Source: Parasporobacterium paucivorans DSM 15970 (GTDB taxonomy: Bacteria > Bacillota > Clostridia > Lachnospirales > Lachnospiraceae). Taken from it: 24,000 bases of DNA. The stretch is taken from assembly GCF_900141895.1 (NCBI RefSeq), contig NZ_FQYT01000025.1:14104-38103 (forward strand). The letters are read 5' to 3'. A program made the translations under genes and the position numbers. The notes under the pieces are model-generated. The model was not told the DNA's origin. It saw only the letters and a program-made list of their open reading frames with translations, and did not search any database. Shown here piece after piece: positions 16,678 through 22,886 of the stretch (positions are counted from its first letter, which is position 1; every line of letters begins with the position of its first letter).

Positions 16678-16998
16678 ATGATATTGGAAGATTACATTGC
16701 TCGCATGAACAAAAGTGATTTTGAAGGTATTGGAAATTTGTTTACGGAAGGTTGTCGGTTTAATGACGGAGGCGCAAGAACCATCGGTGTGGATGACCTG
16801 GTAGTGAATGGACGGGAAGCCTTGAAAAAGGCATTTCAGGGGGTCTGGGAAGTATATAAGGTTCGGGCTGAAATTGTAAAGCTGAATGCACATTCTATGG
16901 AATATGACGTATTTCTGGGAGATGTCAAACTTGAATGTATCGGCTGTGCAACTTTGAAAGACGGTCTTATCGATGAATATATTGTGAGACCCCGCTGA
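16678..16998 (+). CDS. NTF2 / SnoaL-like small protein
   Basis: 106 aa. The size and the N-terminal 'YIARMNKSDFEGIGNLFTEGCRFNDGG' pattern are typical of SnoaL-like domains. Strong RBS AAGGAGG. Confidence 0.6.
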   Translation: MILEDYIARMNKSDFEGIGNLFTEGCRFNDGGARTIGVDDLVVNGREALKKAFQGVWEVYKVRAEIVKLNAHSMEYDVFLGDVKLECIGCATLKDGLIDEYIVRPR

Positions 16999-17030
16999 TT
17001 AGGGCGTTTTATCAGAACAGGAGGGTTTGC

Positions 17031-18032
17031 ATGTTAACAAGAAGAGAGAATCTGCTGGAAACAATCCGGGGAGGAAACCCGGATCGTTTTGTGAAACAGT
17101 TTGAACCATTTGCCCTTCAGTGGGCGACACCCCAGGATGTCAGATTTCCTGCTCCCGAGTATGGAAAAGGAATAGCCAGAAACTGCTGGGGAGTCTATTT
17201 TTCGTGGCCGGAGGGAACGCCCGGACCGGTGTCGTCACTTGATTCCGAACACCGTCTGATTAAGGATATTTACCACTGGCAGGATTATCTGAAGATGCCG
17301 GAAACGGAATTTCCTGAAAGCGAGTGGAAATGGATTATGGAACGGGCGGATAAGGTGGATCGGAACGAGTATTTCGTGACGGCCGCCATATGGCCGGGAT
17401 TATTTGAAAACTGCCTCCATATGATGGGTATGGAGGAGTTCGTAATCAATATGTATGAAGAACCGGAAATTATCCATGCTATTCTGGATCTCATGACGGA
17501 ATATGAGGTGCGGATGGCACGTCAGATTTGTAATCACATCCATCCGGATGCAGTTTTCCGCCTGGATGACTGGGGCGGTCAGTCTTCCACGTTCCTCTCC
17601 GTGGAGATGTTCCATGAGTTTATCTTTGAGAGGACCAAGAAAATCTACGATACATACCGGGAAAATGGGGTTGAGATTATCGTTCACCATTCCGATTCAT
17701 ATGCAGAGACCCTGGTACCGGAAATGCTGAATATGGGTATCGATATCTGGCAGGGTGCCTTCAACACGAATGATCTTCCCCGCCTCGTCCGTGAGTATAA
17801 GGGCAGGCTGACTGTAATGGGCGGCATCAACTCCGGAATCGTTGACAGTCCGGATTGGACACGGGAGAAGGTGGCTGCAGAAGTGGAGAAGATTATAAGG
17901 TGGACAGACTCCAGGTATTTCATTCCGAACCTGACTTTTGGGGGAGATGAAAGCACCTATAGAGGAGTGTATGAGGCGGCAGATGCGGAGATTGAAAAAA
18001 TGGGTAAGGAGTATTTTGCGGAAATCAAATAA
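17031..18032 (+). CDS. Uroporphyrinogen decarboxylase (URO-D) family protein, MtaA/CmuA-like methyltransferase subgroup
   Basis: 333 aa. 'RRENLLETIRGGNPDR', 'FRLDDWGGQ' and 'IVHHSDSY' resemble the expanded URO-D-family paralogs of anaerobic Firmicutes. RBS GGAGGG. Confidence 0.8.
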   Translation: MLTRRENLLETIRGGNPDRFVKQFEPFALQWATPQDVRFPAPEYGKGIARNCWGVYFSWPEGTPGPVSSLDSEHRLIKDIYHWQDYLKMPETEFPESEWKWIMERADKVDRNEYFVTAAIWPGLFENCLHMMGMEEFVINMYEEPEIIHAILDLMTEYEVRMARQICNHIHPDAVFRLDDWGGQSSTFLSVEMFHEFIFERTKKIYDTYRENGVEIIVHHSDSYAETLVPEMLNMGIDIWQGAFNTNDLPRLVREYKGRLTVMGGINSGIVDSPDWTREKVAAEVEKIIRWTDSRYFIPNLTFGGDESTYRGVYEAADAEIEKMGKEYFAEIK

Positions 18033-18048
18033 GTAGGAGGACGTAAGG

Positions 18049-18834
18049 ATGACCAATAAAACGACGTTCAAATCACTTTGGAGATTCAACCTGATTATGG
18101 GCTGTATCCACTGCCTGCAGGGTGTGGTTATGGTGGTGCTCGCGTTATCTATTGACAGGATTTCGGCCTTCAAGATTCCGGTTTTATCCAATTTTCTGAA
18201 GTTCGATACCGAAACTATGAGGTTGGTAACGGACACCCGGACTCTGTTTTCGGTGCCATTCGCGGTTTTTGTGTCTGTTTTCCTATTCCTGTCGGCTTTG
18301 GCTCATTTTATTATTTGTGCTCCGATATCAAATGATGTCTATAATGCCAGTCTCGTTAAAAGGAGAAATCCTTTCCGCTGGTATGAATACGCCCTCAGTT
18401 CATCCCTGATGATTGTTCTGATTGCACTCTTATTCGGGGTGTATGACGTCGGGTCCCTGATTCTGATGTTTGCCCTGAATGCCTGCATGAATCTTTTTGG
18501 GCTGCTGATGGAACAGCAGAATCAAAACAGGATGCCGATAAACTGGACTCCATTTGTTTTTGGATCTTTCGCGGGACTGGTTCCCTGGGGCGTTTTGTGC
18601 ATGTTTGCCTTCGGGAATTCGGATCTTGGCAAGGTGCCTTGGTTTGCATATGCCATTTTTGGGTCTTATTTTGTGTTTTTTAATCTGTTTCCTATCAATA
18701 TGATTCTCCAATATAAGCAGATAGGAAAATGGAGGGATTATTTATATGGAGAAAGGGTATACATCATACTGAGTCTGGTGGCCAAAACGGTATTAGCCTG
18801 GCTGGTATTCTTTGGAGTGATGCAGCCAAATTAA
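18049..18834 (+). CDS. Heliorhodopsin
   Basis: 261 aa with seven hydrophobic helices. It is colinear with my recollection of heliorhodopsin 48C12: 'KSLWRFNLIMGCIHCLQ', 'LSALAHF', 'FRWYEYALSSSLMIVLIA', 'NACMNLFGLLME', 'GLVPW', 'FFNLF...LQYKQIGKWRDYLYGERVYIILSLVAKTVLAW'. The Schiff-base Lys is retained (K246, nt 18784-18786), as are the counterion Glu (E113) and both His residues (H21, H86). Confidence 0.9.
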   Translation: MTNKTTFKSLWRFNLIMGCIHCLQGVVMVVLALSIDRISAFKIPVLSNFLKFDTETMRLVTDTRTLFSVPFAVFVSVFLFLSALAHFIICAPISNDVYNASLVKRRNPFRWYEYALSSSLMIVLIALLFGVYDVGSLILMFALNACMNLFGLLMEQQNQNRMPINWTPFVFGSFAGLVPWGVLCMFAFGNSDLGKVPWFAYAIFGSYFVFFNLFPINMILQYKQIGKWRDYLYGERVYIILSLVAKTVLAWLVFFGVMQPN

Positions 18835-18841
18835 ACAAAGG

Positions 18842-18882
18842 AAAGAGAGCCAATGCGGTTTTTTGCATCAGCTCTCTTTTTT
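18842..18882 (+). terminator. Rho-independent terminator of the heliorhodopsin operon
   Basis: AAAGAGAGC (18842-18850) / GCTCTCTTT (18871-18879), with inner ATGC/GCAT pairing, followed by a T-run. Confidence 0.8.
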
Positions 18883-18925
18883 GAAAATTGGATGGAGAAA
18901 TCTTTATAACTGCTTTATGTTAATT

Positions 18926-18952
18926 TTCAAATGGGGTGAGTGCCCATTTGAA
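18926..18952. repeat. Perfect 10-bp inverted repeat in the AT-rich gap
   Basis: TTCAAATGGG (18926-18935), 7-nt spacer gtgagtg, CCCATTTGAA (18943-18952). Confidence 0.7.
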
Positions 18953-19131
18953 GCAATTATCTTTTTTGGTGCCGAATGAATTAAATGTAAGTTGTGTGAA
19001 AATAAAATATCATTATTAGAAGAATAAGTCAATTTAATTTAAAAATTCACAAATATAATAAAAATATAACAAGATTACCAATAAATTGACGATATATGCA
19101 GATGGATTCCAGAAGAGATTTGAAGAGTAAG

Positions 19132-19140
19132 TGGTATAAT
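19132..19140 (+). promoter_or_regulatory. Extended -10 promoter element (TGgTATAAT)
   Basis: TG at 19132-19133 and TATAAT at 19135-19140. There is no good -35. It lies about 130 nt upstream of the pirin-like start and upstream of the first palindrome copy. Confidence 0.4.
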
Positions 19141-19231
19141 ATCATGAAAGGATGGCAGAATATGGATCTTAATGATATATTATTAAAGGAGCGTTAGGGG
19201 GTTCACACGTTGGGGGGAGCCACACGTTTAG

Positions 19232-19244
19232 GGGGTCAGACCCC
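19232..19244. repeat. GGGGTCAGACCCC palindrome, copy 1
   Basis: Exact 13-mer. It extends to an imperfect TTAGGGGGTC/GACCCCTAA palindrome. It is preceded by related G-run units (TTAGGGGGTTCACACG, TTGGGGGGAGCCACACG). It ends 25 nt before the pirin-like ATG. Confidence 0.95.
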
Positions 19245-19269
19245 TAAGATGACAGAAGGAGATAATTTC

Positions 19270-19968
19270 ATGATAAGAAAAATTTATAGCAGCAAATTGG
19301 GTACAAGTGATATAGGATGGTTAAAAAGCAGGTTTCATTTTTCCTTTGCTGATTATTATAATCCCGAAAATATAAATTTTGGAACGTTAAGGGTCCTCAA
19401 TGATGACCAGATATTTCCCAATTCGGGGTTTGATATTCATCCGCACAATGAAATGGAAATAATATCTTATGTTGTCGATGGAAAATTGACCCACAGCGAT
19501 AACATGGGAAATAAGAATGCAATTTCCCGGGGAGATATACAGTACATGAGTGCCGGTACAGGCGTTTGGCATAGCGAATTCAATCGGGGGCAGGAGATCC
19601 TGCGGTTTCTCCAGATATGGATTATTCCTGATAAGAAAGGTTATAACCCAAGCTACGGAGATTTCCCTTTTGCATGGGAAAGCAGAAAGAATAGCTGGCT
19701 TCATATGGTGTCAGACCCCGAGGGAGGAGCACCAATTAAAATTCATCAGGACTGCAATATTTATTCACTTGAACTCGAAGCCGGCAAAGAAATTCAATTT
19801 CCAGTAAATGAGGAGAGGCAGGCTTATCTGGTACAGATTGAAGGATCCTCTGATATTAATGGTATAGATATGACCGAACGGGATGCCATGGAAATTATTG
19901 GAGAACCCATTACGATCAAAGCAAGTAAAACGTCACATATACTTCTAATTGAAATGAAGAAGGTATAG
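19270..19968 (+). CDS. Pirin-family (YhhW-like) cupin protein
   Basis: 232 aa from the ATG at 19270 (RBS GAAGGAG, 8-nt spacing). 'GWLKSRFHFSFADYYNPENINFGTLRVLNDD', 'GFDIHPHNEMEIISYVVDGKLTHSDNMGN' and 'GDIQYMSAGTGVWHSEFN' are pirin hallmarks. The track start at 19210 (TTG) was not used. Confidence 0.85.
   Translation: MIRKIYSSKLGTSDIGWLKSRFHFSFADYYNPENINFGTLRVLNDDQIFPNSGFDIHPHNEMEIISYVVDGKLTHSDNMGNKNAISRGDIQYMSAGTGVWHSEFNRGQEILRFLQIWIIPDKKGYNPSYGDFPFAWESRKNSWLHMVSDPEGGAPIKIHQDCNIYSLELEAGKEIQFPVNEERQAYLVQIEGSSDINGIDMTERDAMEIIGEPITIKASKTSHILLIEMKKV
19707..19719. repeat. 12/13 degenerate copy (GGTGTCAGACCCC) inside the pirin-like CDS
   Basis: It differs from the 13-mer only at position 3 and encodes 'VSDP' in frame. 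Confidence 0.5.
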
Positions 19969-19988
19969 ACGTTGACAAAAGGTGAGGG

Positions 19989-20001
19989 GGGGTCAGACCC
20001 C
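19989..20001. repeat. GGGGTCAGACCCC palindrome, copy 2
   Basis: Exact 13-mer, extended to GGGGGTCAGACCCCC (19988-20002). It starts 21 nt after the pirin stop and ends 15 nt before the MFS ATG. Confidence 0.95.
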
Positions 20002-20016
20002 CAAGTGAGTGACGGT

Positions 20017-21213
20017 ATGAATATGCAACGTTATTTAGGCAATAAGGGACTTGTTGGTTTTATTGCATTGATGAATATGCTTATCCCTCTTTCAATAGAC
20101 ATGTACCTGCCGGCTTTGCCAGGCATGAATGCTTATTTCGGGAGCAGCTCTGCAATCACGAACCTTACACTTAGTGCATTTTTTCTTTTCTATGCGGTTG
20201 GCATCCTGTTTTGGGGACCCCTAAGTGATAAATATGGCCGTAAAAAGATTCTTTTGGTGGGGGGAATAGTGTATCTTCTTAGCAGCATTGCCTGTGCCCT
20301 TTCCTTCAATATTTATTTTTTGATTGCTGCCAGAATTTTTCAAGGAATAGGCTCAGGAGGAATTACTTCTGTATCTATTGCCATTATCAAGGATTGCTTT
20401 GCAGGAAAAAAGAGGGGGGCCATACTGGCAATTAGTCAGTCTGTCTCGGGACTTGCACCCATGCTGGCTCCTGTAGTGGGAGGCATTATCCTGCGATTTA
20501 CAAATTGGCAGGGAACTTTTTGGGCTCTGGCGGCAATTGCTGCTATTAATCTGGTGCTGATTTTTCTTTTTGAGGAGACGCTTAAGGAAGAAGACAAATA
20601 TACCGGAACCGTGATGGGTTCCCTCGGCCGTCTTCTGATAGTGGGCAAAAATAAAAGCTTCATGATACCGGCCGGTATCTTTTCATTGTGTGCGCTGCCG
20701 TTTATGGGTTACATTGCTGTATCCTCATATATTTATGTGGATTATTTTGGCCTGAGCGCGCAGGAATACAGTTATTTTTTTGCGGCTAATGCACTCGTGT
20801 CCATATGCGGTCCATTTCTGTATGTGAGGGTCTTTATGGTCCTGAATAAAAAGGTTTTTGCTGCATCGATGCTGGGGATTTCTGCCATCAGCGGAATTCT
20901 CGTTATGACAATTGGAACGCTAACTCCCATTTTGTTTTGGGCATCCTTTGCTCTGATGTCTCTGTCGGTTTCCATTACCAGACCCTTTAGCACGGCGCTG
21001 TTGCTTGATCAACACGTGAGTGATACTGGAGCAGTTTCATCATTGATAAATACAATGTTTACAGTGCTGGGAAGCGTGGGGATGTCGGTCGTTACTTTGA
21101 TGCCGGGAAATATAATCACAGTCTTGGGAGTATTGATTGCAGTTTTTTCGGTAATCCCTTTCATAGGATGGATTGCATTCATGAAGTCGAGCATTCCTTG
21201 TAAGGGAGTATAA
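20017..21213 (+). CDS. MFS efflux transporter, Bcr/CflA (DHA1) family
   Basis: 'LIPLSIDMYLPALPGM', 'GPLSDKYGRKK' and 'ARIFQGIGSGG' are classic Bcr/CflA motifs, with about 12 TM helices. The start could be the ATG at 20017 or at 20023, and the RBS is weak. Confidence 0.85.
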   Translation: MNMQRYLGNKGLVGFIALMNMLIPLSIDMYLPALPGMNAYFGSSSAITNLTLSAFFLFYAVGILFWGPLSDKYGRKKILLVGGIVYLLSSIACALSFNIYFLIAARIFQGIGSGGITSVSIAIIKDCFAGKKRGAILAISQSVSGLAPMLAPVVGGIILRFTNWQGTFWALAAIAAINLVLIFLFEETLKEEDKYTGTVMGSLGRLLIVGKNKSFMIPAGIFSLCALPFMGYIAVSSYIYVDYFGLSAQEYSYFFAANALVSICGPFLYVRVFMVLNKKVFAASMLGISAISGILVMTIGTLTPILFWASFALMSLSVSITRPFSTALLLDQHVSDTGAVSSLINTMFTVLGSVGMSVVTLMPGNIITVLGVLIAVFSVIPFIGWIAFMKSSIPCKGV

Positions 21214-21232
21214 ACAATGAGGAGTGTCATAT

Positions 21233-21259
21233 GGGTCGGGGTCATAGGGGTCGGGGTCA
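21233..21259 (+). repeat. Tandem GGGTCGGGGTCA direct repeat abutting palindrome copy 3
   Basis: GGGTCGGGGTCA occurs at 21233-21244 and again at 21248-21259. The second unit supplies the left arm of copy 3. ATAGGGGTC (21244-21252) is also the reverse complement of GACCCCTAT (21260-21268), which gives an alternative, larger hairpin. Confidence 0.8.
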
Positions 21260-21265
21260 GACCCC
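21253..21265. repeat. GGGGTCAGACCCC palindrome, copy 3
   Basis: Exact 13-mer. It starts 40 nt after the MFS stop and ends 37 nt before the flavodoxin-like ATG. Confidence 0.95.
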
Positions 21266-21302
21266 TATCGGCATGACCATACCAGCAAAGGAGGAAATGA
21301 AT

Positions 21303-21719
21303 ATGAAGATTGCGGTCATTTATTTAACAAAGACGGGACATTCGAGGAAGATAGCTAATGCCATTGCTGGGGAACTGAACATTCATGCAGAAGATATCAG
21401 TATGAATCCAGGAATTGCCGATGTGGATATACTTTATATCGTAGGTGGGATTTACGGTGGTAAGAGTGACCCGATTATGATTGAATACATTAAAGGCATT
21501 GACAGTACAATGGTAAAAAAAGCAGTCTTGTTAACCTCCTGTGTTAGCAAAAAATTCAAACAGGATGAGGTCAGGGAGATTCTGCGCCGCAAGAATATTG
21601 AAGTTAGTTCAGAGGAATTTGTTTGCCAGGGTGGTTTGGGGTTTATTGGACGGAAACATCCCAACAGTTCGGATTTAGAAAATGCCATTGCATTTGTGAA
21701 GGGGGGTCAGACCCCATGA
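21303..21719 (+). CDS. Flavodoxin-family protein
   Basis: 138 aa from the ATG at 21303 (AAAGGAGG, 8-nt spacing). 'MKIAVIYLTKTGHSRKIA' is a flavodoxin-type phosphate-binding loop. The last five codons (GGQTP) are encoded by palindrome copy 4, and the stop overlaps the glf ATG (ATGA). Confidence 0.7.
   Translation: MKIAVIYLTKTGHSRKIANAIAGELNIHAEDISMNPGIADVDILYIVGGIYGGKSDPIMIEYIKGIDSTMVKKAVLLTSCVSKKFKQDEVREILRRKNIEVSSEEFVCQGGLGFIGRKHPNSSDLENAIAFVKGGQTP
21703..21715. repeat. GGGGTCAGACCCC palindrome, copy 4
   Basis: Exact 13-mer. It directly abuts the glf ATG (21716) and lies inside the 3' end of the flavodoxin-like CDS. Confidence 0.95.
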
Positions 21720-22843
21720 GAGAGGATGAATACATAGTGAAACAATATGATTACCTTATTGTTGGCGCAGGCTTATTCGGTGCAGTATTTGCGCATGAAG
21801 CATTTAAAAGGGGAAAGAAGTGTCTTGTATTAGACCGCCGGAATCATATTGGCGGAAATATTTACTGTGAAAAGATAGAAGGTACAAATGTACATAAATA
21901 CGGTGCGCATATTTTTCATACCAGCGATAAGAAAATATGGGATTATGTAAATCAATTTGTTGAGTTTAATCGATATACCAATTCTCCTATAGCAAATTAT
22001 AAGGGAGAAATTTATAATCTTCCGTTTAATATGAATACTTTTAATAAGTTGTGGGGAGTCGTTACTCCAAAAGAGGCCAAGAGCAAAATTGAAGAACAGA
22101 AGGCGGCAGCGGGGATACGTGAACCGAAAAATCTGGAAGAACAGGCTATTTCCCTGGTTGGTACCGACATTTATAAGAAGCTGGTGAAGGAGTATACCGA
22201 GAAACAGTGGGGGCGGAAAGCTGTTGATCTGCCGGCCTTCATCATAAGGCGACTTCCTGTTCGGTTTACCTATGACAATAATTATTTTGACGATAAATAT
22301 CAAGGAATCCCCGTAGGCGGATACAATGTGATTATTGAAAAAATGCTGGAAGGTACCGAGTTAATGCTGAATAAGGATTATTTTTCGGATAAAGAAAATT
22401 TCGATAAAATGGCAGAAAAGGTTGTGTTTACGGGCATGATTGATGAATTTTTCGGGCACAGATTCGGAAGGCTTGAGTATAGAAGCCTGCGGTTTGAAGA
22501 TGAAATTCTTGACAAGGATAATTACCAGGGGAATGCAGTCGTAAATTATACGGATGCGGAAACGCCTTTTACCCGGATTATTGAACACAAGCATTTCGAA
22601 TTTGGCACCCAGCCAAAGACCGTCATCACCAGGGAGTATCCTGCAGAATGGAAACCGGGGGATGAACCGTATTATCCGGTAAACGATGAAAAAAATATGC
22701 ATTTATATGAAAAATATAGGGAGCTTGCTGAAAGAGAAAAAAATGTGATATTCGGAGGCAGGCTGGCTGAATACAAATATTACGATATGCATAATGTTAT
22801 TTCAAAAGCACTGCTTCTGTGGGGGTCAGACCCCATAAAATAA
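21716..22843 (+). CDS. glf: UDP-galactopyranose mutase
   Basis: 'YDYLIVGAGLFGAVFA', 'GGNIY...VHKYGAHIFHT', 'YTEKQWG', 'RIIEHKHF', 'PYYPVND' and 'GGRLAEYKYYDM' are all characteristic Glf motifs. A possible alternative GTG start lies at about 21737. Confidence 0.9.
   Translation: MREDEYIVKQYDYLIVGAGLFGAVFAHEAFKRGKKCLVLDRRNHIGGNIYCEKIEGTNVHKYGAHIFHTSDKKIWDYVNQFVEFNRYTNSPIANYKGEIYNLPFNMNTFNKLWGVVTPKEAKSKIEEQKAAAGIREPKNLEEQAISLVGTDIYKKLVKEYTEKQWGRKAVDLPAFIIRRLPVRFTYDNNYFDDKYQGIPVGGYNVIIEKMLEGTELMLNKDYFSDKENFDKMAEKVVFTGMIDEFFGHRFGRLEYRSLRFEDEILDKDNYQGNAVVNYTDAETPFTRIIEHKHFEFGTQPKTVITREYPAEWKPGDEPYYPVNDEKNMHLYEKYRELAEREKNVIFGGRLAEYKYYDMHNVISKALLLWGSDPIK
22822..22834. repeat. GGGGTCAGACCCC palindrome, copy 5
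   Basis: Exact 13-mer within the last seven codons of glf (encodes GSDP). Confidence 0.95.
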
Positions 22844-22850
22844 ATCAAAC

Positions 22851-22885
22851 ATGCCGTAGGTTAAAAAAACCTGCGGCATTATTCT
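22851..22885 (+). terminator. Terminator hairpin after glf
   Basis: ATGCCGTAGGTT (22851-22862) / AACCTGCGGCAT (22868-22879): a 12-bp stem including one G-U pair, with loop AAAAA, followed by TTATTCT. Confidence 0.7.
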
Positions 22886-22886
22886 G

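Noticed and set aside
19210-19269. Upstream-extended starts in the ORF track for the four cassette genes (19210 TTG, 19972 TTG, 21231 ATG, 21623 ATG), which would translate the palindromes as N-terminal extensions (GGQTP / GGSDP).
   Set aside because: Family-typical N-termini and properly spaced GGAG-type RBSs sit at the downstream ATGs for pirin (19270) and the flavodoxin-like gene (21303). The glf (21716) and MFS (20017) starts rest on family-typical N-termini, and their RBS support is weaker. The 21623 extension would overlap the flavodoxin-like CDS by about 100 nt. The open frames through the palindromes are recorded as an observation, not as coding calls.
20017-21311. A shared 'ATGAATATG' (Met-Asn-Met) start context for the MFS and flavodoxin-like genes, and a similar GATGAATAC just inside glf.
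   Set aside because: The match is only 9 nt. The glf occurrence is out of frame and runs into a stop codon. The pattern is most simply coincidence in AT-rich sequence.
19232-22834. The repeated 13-mer as a CRISPR array.
   Set aside because: The repeats are only 13 nt long. They are separated by 450-1264 nt of ordinary protein-coding sequence rather than 25-40-nt spacers. No cas genes are present.
19232-22834. The repeated 13-mer as bona fide integron attC sites.
   Set aside because: attC sites are about 55-140 bp with R''/L''-L'/R' boxes and a GTTRRRY core. Here only a 13-nt palindrome is shared, no such core is visible, and no intI gene is in the window. The cassette analogy is kept only as a hypothesis.
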